Notes under the pieces: model-generated
What the model was told of the DNA's origin: nothing
The model's input: only the letters and a program-made list of their open reading frames with translations
Database searches by the model: none
Position numbers and translations under genes: made by a program
DNA from: a virus
Lineage: Duplodnaviria; Heunggongvirae; Uroviricota; Caudoviricetes
Direction: 5' to 3' (one strand)
Virus record (IMG/VR): IMGVR_UViG_3300035208_001992
DNA length: 64,000 bases
In this document: one piece after another, positions 54,058 through 62,916 of the stretch
Numbering within the stretch: position 1 is the first letter of the stretch
Layout of the letters: each line of letters starts with the position of its first letter

Positions 54058-56865
54058 ATGCAGGCCACCAAGATCGAGCCATTCATTGCGCCAACAGAGC
54101 AAGGACGCGTAAGTGTTCTTTGCATAATTGCAGCCTCGGACGTAGCGTTTTCGGCTGACCCGATATACGGGCGCTTCTTTGATGTGATGAGTCGGAAAGT
54201 GACAACAGGCTGGGCGATTCACGCGCTAGATACAAACCCGCGCAAGCTCGAGTCAACGTCAGAAGTCGATGCAATCGTTGATCAGCATCGCAATCGTCTA
54301 TGGCGCATGGTTGATCACTACAAGCCACAAGTGGTTGTCGTGTTCGGTGCGAATACGATGAAGGCGATCAATCCTGACTTGCGCATGGTCTCGAACAGAC
54401 ACATTGCGCACTACATTCATCAAATCAAATCTCCGCTGACACAGCGTGACACTGCGTTCCTATGCATGACGCAGCCACGCACAATCATTACCAATCCGTT
54501 TGAAGCGCTTACAGCGAAGGAAGACTTCGTCAAGCTCAACATGCTGGCTCGTGGCAAGCATTATTGGCGTGAAGGCGAGATAGTAGATCTTAACACGAGC
54601 AAGGCTGCTGAAGAGTACATCGACTTCTTGCTTGAAGATCATAAGGGATGGGTTGCGTACGATACCGAAACGCGCAACCTGAACATGGCTCACAACAACA
54701 TTCTTGGCACCATGCAATTCGCAACGGATGACAAGACTGGATATGTGCTCTATTGGGACCACATCTACAACAAGCGTGACAAAGAGCATGACCTTCGTGT
54801 ATTGACGCCTAAGTTGAAGCGCTTGTTTGGCGGCAAATCTAACATCGCTGGTTGGGCGATGCACAACGCCCAATTCGATATTGCGCAGACTCGAAACCAT
54901 TTCGATATCGGATGGTGGTCGAAGACAGTTTTTGATACGCTGCTGTACACACATCATCTTGATCAGAATCGGAATGACAAATCCCGCAAGGGAGCTATGG
55001 TCTATTCCGAGGGTGGATACTCGCTTAAGCAGTGCGCATGCGAGTTCATCGGATACCGTGGATACGACGCTGAAACACTAGTGAGTCGTAAAGACGGTGG
55101 CGTGCTAGATCTGCCATACGACAAGTTGACGCGCTATGCTGGCCAGGACGGTTTCGTCACTTACCGTTTGCTTACGTACTTGCAATCTTGGGCAGCAGCG
55201 CAAGGCGTGAAAGACAAAGTGAATCGCTTCAGTCGCGTGATTCACTCAGGCGCGATCAAGGCGTTCCAGCAGATCACTAAGAACGGCATGGAAGCTGATC
55301 CAAAACAGCTTGCGATGCTAGCGCGACCTGGGTCAATTCTTGACGTCGAATCGAAGCGCATTGACGCGCTGTTTAAGCAAGATCCTGTAGTACAAAAGAT
55401 CAATCTTGAGCTTCTCAAGAAGAAGACTAACGCAACGACGTTCTGGGAAGTTCCCTGGATCTTCGATATCGGCAAGCCTGCTAGTCGTAATCTGCTGTTC
55501 TTCACGAGTCCAAGTGGCCGTCAGTATCCAAAGAATGACGACGGCAAGTACTCATGCGATGACAAGTTCCAAGATCGCTACAAGGATCAGGATCCACTTG
55601 TTGGACTGCTTGCTACGTACTCAGAAATCCAGAAGCTTCGCTCGTCTTACGTAAACAAGATCAGCATCGCGCTGCATACGGCGAAGCACAACAAGACCGA
55701 CCTCATCGATGGTCGTGTTCATTCGCGCTTCTTGCTTCACGGCACAAAGACCGGGCGTCTATCATCTGTCGGCCCAAACATGCAGCAAGTGCCGCGTGCC
55801 GACAACGAGTACAAGAAGCCAGTCAAATCGATCTTTACGACCCCAACTGGTACGATCATTCTCCAAGGCGACTTCGCTGCGGCAGAGGTTCGTATGTGGG
55901 GTTCTTTGAGTCAGGACGCATTCCTATGCAAGCTACTCACTGACTCTTTCAACAAACGAGCAGCGTACAGAGCTAACCCGCTAGACGAACGTTTACGCGA
56001 CGAAGCCGAATTGATGGCAGACATTCACAAGCAGACTGCTTCGTTGATGTTTGGCATTGATCTCAAGGCTGTCACTAAAGACATTCGTACGATCACGAAG
56101 GGCATCACGTTCGGTTTGATCTATGGCCGCGGTCGCAAGTCAATTGCTGTCCAGCTCAAGCGATCCGAAGAAGAGACCGGACAGCTTTGCGACAAGTTCT
56201 TTAGCCAGTTCCCAGGTGGCGTTGCATGGCTTGAAGAGCAAAAGGAATTCTGCAAGCGCTACGGTTTCGTTGAGACACCATTTGGTCGACGCCGCTACCT
56301 TCCATGGGTCTTCTCTGAGGACGAAGGATTTGCAGCGTCAGCGCTGCGTCAGTCAATCAATACTCCTGTGCAGTCAGCATCAGGAGACTTTGCCACGCTG
56401 TCGATTGCCTTGCTCAATGAAGAGATTGCTCGCAAGAGACTATCTCATCAGTTCAAGCTTGTGAACGCTGTGCATGACTCCACACTGTTGGAGATACCAG
56501 CATCTGTCGATGCTCTGGCAGAAGCCACAGCTATGATGCGACACAATTTTACAGTCAAGTCACGCGAAGTCTGCGCATCTGAATTTGGCTTCGACACAGC
56601 CGCTCCAATGGACATCGATATTGAAGTGTCTCAGTGGAAAGCTAAGCGCTGTCCTAAGTGTGGCAATCAGTACAAGTTCCACAAAGAGAAGTGTGACGCA
56701 GTTTTGAAAGGTCCAGATAAAAAGCCGCTCAAGGATTCAGACGGCAATGATGTAAAATGTGGCAATCGCGATTTTGAGGTCGTGAAGCTCAATGGGGGTT
56801 GGGGAACCTTGATCAACTTGGACGAAACAATGTCTGGGTATCGAGCCGCCGCTCTTGGATTCTGA
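54058..56865 (+). CDS. polA: DNA polymerase family A with an N-terminal UDG-like domain, 3'-5' exonuclease and a C-terminal Cys4 insert
   Basis: Exonuclease motifs YDTET, HNAQFD, YAGQD; TGRLSSVGPNMQQVP; motif A GDFAAAEVR; motif B RTITKGITFGLIYG; motif C NAVHDS. Confidence 0.95.
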   Translation: MQATKIEPFIAPTEQGRVSVLCIIAASDVAFSADPIYGRFFDVMSRKVTTGWAIHALDTNPRKLESTSEVDAIVDQHRNRLWRMVDHYKPQVVVVFGANTMKAINPDLRMVSNRHIAHYIHQIKSPLTQRDTAFLCMTQPRTIITNPFEALTAKEDFVKLNMLARGKHYWREGEIVDLNTSKAAEEYIDFLLEDHKGWVAYDTETRNLNMAHNNILGTMQFATDDKTGYVLYWDHIYNKRDKEHDLRVLTPKLKRLFGGKSNIAGWAMHNAQFDIAQTRNHFDIGWWSKTVFDTLLYTHHLDQNRNDKSRKGAMVYSEGGYSLKQCACEFIGYRGYDAETLVSRKDGGVLDLPYDKLTRYAGQDGFVTYRLLTYLQSWAAAQGVKDKVNRFSRVIHSGAIKAFQQITKNGMEADPKQLAMLARPGSILDVESKRIDALFKQDPVVQKINLELLKKKTNATTFWEVPWIFDIGKPASRNLLFFTSPSGRQYPKNDDGKYSCDDKFQDRYKDQDPLVGLLATYSEIQKLRSSYVNKISIALHTAKHNKTDLIDGRVHSRFLLHGTKTGRLSSVGPNMQQVPRADNEYKKPVKSIFTTPTGTIILQGDFAAAEVRMWGSLSQDAFLCKLLTDSFNKRAAYRANPLDERLRDEAELMADIHKQTASLMFGIDLKAVTKDIRTITKGITFGLIYGRGRKSIAVQLKRSEEETGQLCDKFFSQFPGGVAWLEEQKEFCKRYGFVETPFGRRRYLPWVFSEDEGFAASALRQSINTPVQSASGDFATLSIALLNEEIARKRLSHQFKLVNAVHDSTLLEIPASVDALAEATAMMRHNFTVKSREVCASEFGFDTAAPMDIDIEVSQWKAKRCPKCGNQYKFHKEKCDAVLKGPDKKPLKDSDGNDVKCGNRDFEVVKLNGGWGTLINLDETMSGYRAAALGF

Positions 56866-56981
56866 AAACGAACGAACCCGGTTTATCCGGAAACGTCCTA
56901 ACTCTTCTTCGAGCAGCTTCTGGCAAGGTGCTGGCAGCAGTTCGAAACAATCAACAAATCCCAAATCAGGAGAATATCATC

Positions 56982-57311
56982 ATGGCAACTGACAAGAAAG
57001 CCAAGATCGCCGAAATCAAGTCGAACACGAGCAAGAAGGTCGCTGACCTCCAGGCCAAGATCAAGGAAGTCAAGGCCGGTGCCGCGACCAAGATCGCCGG
57101 ACTGAAGGGCGCTTCCGTCAAGGCTCCCAAGGCTGTCAAGGTCGACAAGGCTCCCAAGGCTGTCAAGGCTCCCAAGGCTGTCAAGGCTCCCGTCGGCGCT
57201 CCCAAGGCTCCCAAGGCTCCTGCTGCCGCTGCGCCCAAGGCCCCCAAGCTCTCCGCAGCAGTTGTGGCTCCTCGCGCGCCCAAGGCTCCTGCCAAGGCTC
57301 CTCGGTCGTAA
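56982..57311 (+). CDS. Histone H1-like Lys/Ala/Pro-rich protein
   Basis: AGGAG RBS; basic helical N-terminus, then KAPKAV repeats (DNA repeat AAGGCTCCCAAGGCTGTC); own terminator. Confidence 0.8.
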   Translation: MATDKKAKIAEIKSNTSKKVADLQAKIKEVKAGAATKIAGLKGASVKAPKAVKVDKAPKAVKAPKAVKAPVGAPKAPKAPAAAAPKAPKLSAAVVAPRAPKAPAKAPRS

Positions 57312-57336
57312 TTCAAAAAATCCATTCGTGGACAGA

Positions 57337-57372
57337 GGCTCAGGAACGAAAGTTCCTGGGCCGTTTTTGTTT
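57337..57372 (+). terminator. Rho-independent terminator with a GAAA tetraloop
   Basis: GGCTCAGGAAC-GAAA-GTTCCTGGGCC-GTTTTTGTTTT. Confidence 0.85.
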
Positions 57373-57401
57373 TACAACTAACCAAATCATAGAGGTTCAA
57401 C

Positions 57402-57836
57402 ATGCCAAATGAAGGTCAACAAGACGTAGCGCCCAATGAGACTGGAGATCAAGCTACGCGTCAAGGCAATCCTGATCGGCGTCAAGCACGACGCAATCGA
57501 ACTGACCGCGAAGCAGAACAGCCTTTTGCACCGTGTTCTATGGGCAGTCAACCAATACAGCGTCACATGTCATTGCATTCGGCTCCAATAGAAATGCCTA
57601 CTACATCACGGCCAACCGGTGATCGCGTCACTGATTTTCTACGTGAGAGACAAGAGACAGGTCGCAGTCCGATTCGAGCGCGAATCGTTGGCATCACACT
57701 TGATGAATCGACGTACGGCGTACTTGTTCGCATCGACGAAATACTACGTTGGCGCAATGAGCTCAAAAACGATACGGCTGTACTTGATCGCATTGAGCAA
57801 GTGTTTGTTGATCGATTTAGGTCAATCGTTGACTGA
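57402..57836 (+). CDS. Hypothetical protein
   Basis: GAGGT RBS; 144 aa. Confidence 0.6.
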   Translation: MPNEGQQDVAPNETGDQATRQGNPDRRQARRNRTDREAEQPFAPCSMGSQPIQRHMSLHSAPIEMPTTSRPTGDRVTDFLRERQETGRSPIRARIVGITLDESTYGVLVRIDEILRWRNELKNDTAVLDRIEQVFVDRFRSIVD

Positions 57837-57840
57837 CACA

Positions 57841-57853
57841 AACTTTGTAAATA
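57841..57853 (+). promoter_or_regulatory. AASNTTGTAAATA motif, leaderless spacing
   Basis: AACTTTGTAAATA-N6-ATG; no Shine-Dalgarno sequence. Confidence 0.75.
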
Positions 57854-57859
57854 TCTAAC

Positions 57860-58546
57860 ATGACCACAATACGCCTCCGGTCGAATGCATTCTATTTCAA
57901 GCTCAACGAGCATCAACGCGCTTGCTACAATGCAGGCCTTCCGACTAACTTCATGGGCAGGTCAATTGACGAAGCCGTGTTTAGTCCTTACGTCGTTGGT
58001 GACTTGAGGAAGATTCGTTCTTCTGCTCATAAGCAGAAAAGTCAGTTACAGAGCTTCGTACAAAGCCTGTCGAATTCAAGCAATTACGTAGCTTCAATTG
58101 CAATTCATTCCGCTCCAACAGACGAGTCTGCTTTCGGCGTGGCTTCTGCCATATTCGAACACGCTGTTGAAGGTGGACTTGCATGTCAATGCATATCGAC
58201 ATCTCAGTTGCTCAATCACGAAAAGATCGAGCCAAAAGATGTCTACCTGATTCACGGCGTCAACGACCAGCCAAACCCGCAGGCCGTCTGGGCTGTCCGT
58301 GATTTCATTCGTGACCGCGACGGTAGTCTCAGGATTGTGGTGATGACATCAGGACACGATCTTCCGGTTGACGTATTGATCCATGAGCGACTGCGGATGC
58401 ACTTCGACTATCTCTTCTGCTTAGAAGACAACGTTCAGCTCATCTCAACTGAAGCTGTTGCTGGCAAGCGCATGCGCGCAATCGAAGTCGGCACCGCAGC
58501 TCCGAAACCACCAGTAGCGCGGCGCTTAGTCGGAGGCAAGTCCTGA
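57860..58546 (+). CDS. DnaC/IstB-like helicase loader, apparently without an intact Walker A
   Basis: Position before dnaB; P-loop-like secondary pattern (IAIHSAPT; VYLIHGVND; IVVMTSG) without GKT. Confidence 0.5.
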   Translation: MTTIRLRSNAFYFKLNEHQRACYNAGLPTNFMGRSIDEAVFSPYVVGDLRKIRSSAHKQKSQLQSFVQSLSNSSNYVASIAIHSAPTDESAFGVASAIFEHAVEGGLACQCISTSQLLNHEKIEPKDVYLIHGVNDQPNPQAVWAVRDFIRDRDGSLRIVVMTSGHDLPVDVLIHERLRMHFDYLFCLEDNVQLISTEAVAGKRMRAIEVGTAAPKPPVARRLVGGKS

Positions 58547-60012
58547 TGCGTAAATTTGACACGCGTACTGAAATGCAAGTGCTTGCAAGCATCTGCAACT
58601 CAAGCTACGAAGATCGCAAATTCAAGTATCTGGCTCAAGTCAAGCGCGAGCACTTCGGCACAACACACGTGACAGAGATTTACGACCGTGTCACTCAGAG
58701 CGCTAACGAGTTCGGCAAGATCCCATCTTTCTCTGCGTTGGCTGATGATCCTCGCCTGTCTCAGACTGCAAGACAGCTGGTGTCAACATCGCGTGCACAG
58801 CGATATCGCAACGAGACGGACTTCAAGCAAGGCATCTCGACTCTCACCACGTATTTCAAAGCACGTTGCTTGCTTGACGTACACGAGAAGATCACAGCGG
58901 TCCTCAATGGTGACGCGATTCCTGACAACTTCGAGCAAGTTGAGAACGCTGTTGAAGGCGCACTGTTTCAGATGCGTTCTGATGGTGTTGAAGAGAAGAT
59001 CTATCATGGTCGCGCTGGCACAACAGATATGTTCAACTTGGCCAAGACCGCGATTATGCATCCGCATACAGGCAAGCGGTTCAAGACAGGTTGGGGTGAG
59101 TTCGACGATCAGATTGGTGGACTTGAGCCTGGTAACGTCATGCTCATCACTGCTAACACTGGCGGTGGTAAGTCTGTTGCTGCACTGACGATGATGACGA
59201 ATATGTATCGTGGGCACAACCAGAACGTGACGTACATCTCGCTTGAAATGAACGAGCGCGAAGTCATGGAGCGCATGCTCTCGAACGTCACCGGCATTCC
59301 GTATGACAAGATTCGACTTGGCAAGCTGAATACAGAAGAGAAGAAGGCGTTGATGCGCGAATTCAAGCGCTTCAACGATTGCAGCACCGGTCGCTACTCG
59401 ATCTACTCGCCAAAGCAAGATTACACGATTGAGCAGCTGTTCAACCAGGTTCAGGGCTACGGCAACGAAGTCATCATTCTCGACTATCTCGGACTTGTCA
59501 AGCCTGGCAACTACGGCAAGAACATAAACGAAGAATTCCAACTGCGTCAGATGACGCGCTATGCAAAGCGCGCCGCTGAACGTATGGGCTGCGCAATCAT
59601 CTTGTTGGCTCAGTTGAACGACGAAGGTCAGATCATGTACTCGAAGGGTATTGGTCACCACGTTCACTACTGGCTCAAGTGGTTCTATCGCGAAGAAGAC
59701 GAGAGCCGCGGCTTCGTCATTGTCGAGAACGGCAAGTCTAGAAACTCAAAGAAGAAAGACTTGTACGCGACAACAGACTTCGCCCATATGAGGATGGACA
59801 ACGTCGCAAGTCCACCCGGATTAGAAGAGTATCAGCGACAACAGAGTCAAGGACAGAATGCTGGCCAAGCGCCTGGAGCACCAGCAGCCAACGGCCCGGT
59901 CGGCAATGCTCGACGGCCTGGTGCTCGCGGAATCCAAGCGCAAAAGCAAGGTCGACCTCAGTCAGGTAGACCACAGCCAGCGATGATGCAATTGTTTGAT
60001 GAGCACCTCTGA
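58546..60012 (+). CDS. dnaB: Replicative DnaB-like helicase
   Basis: ANTGGGKS, YISLEM, IILDYLGL, LLAQLN, KSRN. Confidence 0.92.
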   Translation: MRKFDTRTEMQVLASICNSSYEDRKFKYLAQVKREHFGTTHVTEIYDRVTQSANEFGKIPSFSALADDPRLSQTARQLVSTSRAQRYRNETDFKQGISTLTTYFKARCLLDVHEKITAVLNGDAIPDNFEQVENAVEGALFQMRSDGVEEKIYHGRAGTTDMFNLAKTAIMHPHTGKRFKTGWGEFDDQIGGLEPGNVMLITANTGGGKSVAALTMMTNMYRGHNQNVTYISLEMNEREVMERMLSNVTGIPYDKIRLGKLNTEEKKALMREFKRFNDCSTGRYSIYSPKQDYTIEQLFNQVQGYGNEVIILDYLGLVKPGNYGKNINEEFQLRQMTRYAKRAAERMGCAIILLAQLNDEGQIMYSKGIGHHVHYWLKWFYREEDESRGFVIVENGKSRNSKKKDLYATTDFAHMRMDNVASPPGLEEYQRQQSQGQNAGQAPGAPAANGPVGNARRPGARGIQAQKQGRPQSGRPQPAMMQLFDEHL

Positions 60013-60034
60013 ACAACTTAGGAAACACTAACAA

Positions 60035-61171
60035 ATGTCAGAAACAACGATTTCAATCAGTGCTGGTAGCTTGTCTCGCGCAGCTGACAGGCTGTTGAGA
60101 ATCGCGCAGCTCGTTCCAACGCCTGAAGGGATGTCGCCAGAGATCTACATCAATCTGCGTGCTAAGACGTCTGAGTCATCGAAGGCAATGCTCACAATTC
60201 AGCGGTTTGGCGTACAAGTAAAAGTCAACGTTGGTATGTGTGTTGTCAATTCGCCATTGCAAGAAGTCTGCTTGCCAATTCCAGCATCCTTCATGAAGAA
60301 CATCAATGGACGCGGCGAAGACCTGCTTGTCTTGACGCAAAGTCAGCAAGACGCTGGCACGCTTAAGTACAAGCGTGGCATGTTAGTTGGTACCGTAGCG
60401 CTGAACGATCCATCATCGATGTTCGAAGCTGTGGTCACTGGTGCGCCTACGGCATTGATCGAGCTACCGATCAGGGCATTGAAAGGTGCTCTTGCAGTTA
60501 CGCAGTTCGCATCACCTGACCCACGCGTGACTGCTACTGGACCAATCTCACAGATCAAGTCTAGTGGCGGACATAAATTGATGGTCGTCACATATGACTC
60601 GCTCTCAGGTGCTCTGTTCCAAGCGGAGACAGAAGAGAACTTTCCAGTGTTCGATCTCACGATCCCGAACCGAGTCATGTCTGCGATCATTGAGCAAACG
60701 AACGAAGACAAAGCCAGCATCGGATTCAACGAGCGTTGTCTTGTTTTCAGAGCCAAAGACATCAGCGTGATCTTCCCAATGGGTGACTACCCTGTCATCA
60801 ACGTTGCTGATCGCATACGCGACATCGTCAATACAGCTCAACTCGGCTTTCGCGTGCAACCAGGCGATCTCATTGCAACTGTAGAGTCAGTCACTAACTT
60901 GGCTCACATGGACAAGGAAATCATCAGCGCTGAGCTCGTCTACGACACAGGTCGACTTCTAGTACGCGTCAACTCGCAGAAGCTTAGTGGCAAGAACATG
61001 ATCAAAGTGACGCCGCTGTTCAACGAGCGCTTCACAGTTCTTGTCGACTCAAGACGGTTGATTGGCTTCCTCAAATCGACGAAGCAACAGGACCAAATTG
61101 ACGTTCTGTACAATCAAAGTCGTATCATTGTGAAGACACAAAATGTCACATTCGCTTTTGCAGGCTCATGA
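60035..61171 (+). CDS. Sliding clamp, DnaN (beta)-like
   Basis: 378 aa, the size of a three-domain beta clamp; alternating helix/strand pattern; GDYP linker; follows dnaB. Confidence 0.6.
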   Translation: MSETTISISAGSLSRAADRLLRIAQLVPTPEGMSPEIYINLRAKTSESSKAMLTIQRFGVQVKVNVGMCVVNSPLQEVCLPIPASFMKNINGRGEDLLVLTQSQQDAGTLKYKRGMLVGTVALNDPSSMFEAVVTGAPTALIELPIRALKGALAVTQFASPDPRVTATGPISQIKSSGGHKLMVVTYDSLSGALFQAETEENFPVFDLTIPNRVMSAIIEQTNEDKASIGFNERCLVFRAKDISVIFPMGDYPVINVADRIRDIVNTAQLGFRVQPGDLIATVESVTNLAHMDKEIISAELVYDTGRLLVRVNSQKLSGKNMIKVTPLFNERFTVLVDSRRLIGFLKSTKQQDQIDVLYNQSRIIVKTQNVTFAFAGS

Positions 61172-61473
61172 TGAAACAGAAGCTACGTTGCGAAAAGCGT
61201 GACCCAAACAAAGTGCTCTTCAACTCACGTGACTTCAGCATCTCGACGGACAACACAGGTGCTGCATTTGTAGATACGCAACTTAAATGCAGACTGTGGA
61301 GTGATCCGAAAGACGAGATACAGTTGTTTGCATTTACGCGCGCAGCATCTAAGCCAGCAAAGACGCACAGCATCATTCTCAAGTCAGACGACTTGATGAT
61401 AGTTGAGCTCCAAACAGCTGCTGGTCGTGAATACATAGTTTCCACATCACCAAAGGACATGCGACATGAGTAG
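61168..61473 (+). CDS. Hypothetical protein
   Basis: Coupled ORF. Confidence 0.55.
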   Translation: MMKQKLRCEKRDPNKVLFNSRDFSISTDNTGAAFVDTQLKCRLWSDPKDEIQLFAFTRAASKPAKTHSIILKSDDLMIVELQTAAGREYIVSTSPKDMRHE

Positions 61474-62299
61474 TAACAATGCCAACGTCAACGTGCCGAA
61501 GCAACCAGCGCCGGAATCCGTCAGCGTTATTTACGCTCCGTTGGACGACAATGCGCATCCAAACTCGCCAGCGCAGCCGATGATTCGAGACGACCGCTTC
61601 AGCAAGTCACTGATCGAAGTTCCGAAGTTGCCAGTAGTTGACGAGATCGGTGATCTTCTGTTCAACACTGAATTGAAGGCGTTGACAGTTGTCAGTGAGC
61701 TTGATGCATTTCGATGCATTATATTCAAGCGCGGCGGAGCCGACAAAGCTACACATGTGTTTGAGCAAGGACGCTTTGACCTGTTTTGTATGGAAGATCT
61801 TGGCAATATTGCGTTCTCATATAATCTTGTCATTGATGAAGATGGGAATTCAGCATCGTACAAGCTTGTCATAGCAGGCATGTCTAACAACGTTGATTGC
61901 ATTACAATAACGTATAGCGCGCTAGCTCGTGCACTCTGCTCTGCTGTTGCACAACGCAACATGGTCGGCGAGCAGCTGGTTTCAAGCAGGCGTATTGCTC
62001 AAGTCGAGAAGCAATCGATCATGCAAGAGTCAAATCAGTTGCGCAAAGACGCCGCGATGTGGAAAGACGTCGCTAACAAGAACAAGCTTCTGCATGAAGG
62101 CGCTGCCGCGCGCTTGAACATTGCCACTGCTGCGTTCGACACAGCAATCCATCCGATTCGCTTGTATGCTGGCGAAGGTTCATGGGCACCGCTCGAAGGC
62201 GAAGACGTGTCACGCGTCTTGATTGGCAACATGAACGGCTACCAACTTGCGCAGCATGTCCTCAACGACGTCATCGTCAAGGAGATGCTCGATGCCTAA
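61466..62299 (+). CDS. Hypothetical protein
   Basis: AAGGA RBS; 277 aa. Confidence 0.65.
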   Translation: MSSNNANVNVPKQPAPESVSVIYAPLDDNAHPNSPAQPMIRDDRFSKSLIEVPKLPVVDEIGDLLFNTELKALTVVSELDAFRCIIFKRGGADKATHVFEQGRFDLFCMEDLGNIAFSYNLVIDEDGNSASYKLVIAGMSNNVDCITITYSALARALCSAVAQRNMVGEQLVSSRRIAQVEKQSIMQESNQLRKDAAMWKDVANKNKLLHEGAAARLNIATAAFDTAIHPIRLYAGEGSWAPLEGEDVSRVLIGNMNGYQLAQHVLNDVIVKEMLDA

Positions 62300-62900
62300 A
62301 ATTGTCTGCACAATGGGCGCTGTAGGATCAGGCAAGAGCACACTCGCGAACGAGTATGTGAACTGCTATTCTGAAAGCGGCATTGTCATCGCGTTCGCCG
62401 ACGTCCTCAAGCAGATTGCTAAAGACGAAGGTGGCTGGAATGGCATCAAGGACGAGGCCGGTCGCGCGTTCATCCAAGACTTCAGTGAAGAATACAAGCG
62501 CATGCACGGCGATGACATCTTCACGCGCATTGCGTTCGAACGCGCACTTTCGCACAAAGGCGACGTGGTCATCCTTGAAGATACCAGATTCAGCATCGAG
62601 ATATCTCGTGCTTTGAGTCTGCGCAAGCTTGGCGTTCCACTAACGCTGTTCTTGATCCACAACGAAGCTGCTGAGCATCGCTGGGCAAGTGCATACGCGA
62701 AGTTCATCAGCGGTGATGAATCATGCAAGTGGTCAGGCCATCGTTCAGAACTTGAGTGGCGTGCATTCAGGTCAATCTGGACAAATCAGCTCGTCTACAA
62801 GAACGAGTACGATGACGCGGCACCTGTATACGATGCTCATGGCTATCGCGACTTCATCACTGAAGCATTCAACAACCCATCGTACAAGTACGCATACTGA
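62292..62900 (+). CDS. Deoxynucleoside monophosphate kinase
   Basis: GAVGSGKST, IAFADVLKQIA, RAFIQ, VVILEDTRF, HRSE; AAGGAG RBS before ATG 62292. Confidence 0.85.
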   Translation: MPKIVCTMGAVGSGKSTLANEYVNCYSESGIVIAFADVLKQIAKDEGGWNGIKDEAGRAFIQDFSEEYKRMHGDDIFTRIAFERALSHKGDVVILEDTRFSIEISRALSLRKLGVPLTLFLIHNEAAEHRWASAYAKFISGDESCKWSGHRSELEWRAFRSIWTNQLVYKNEYDDAAPVYDAHGYRDFITEAFNNPSYKYAY

Positions 62901-62916
62901 TCACAAGGAGAACAAC

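Noticed and set aside
54058-60012. Inteins or introns in polA, dnaB, the helicase or the topoisomerase
   Set aside because: Lengths and motif spacing are normal; no intein C/S...HN boundary or LAGLIDADG motif was seen.
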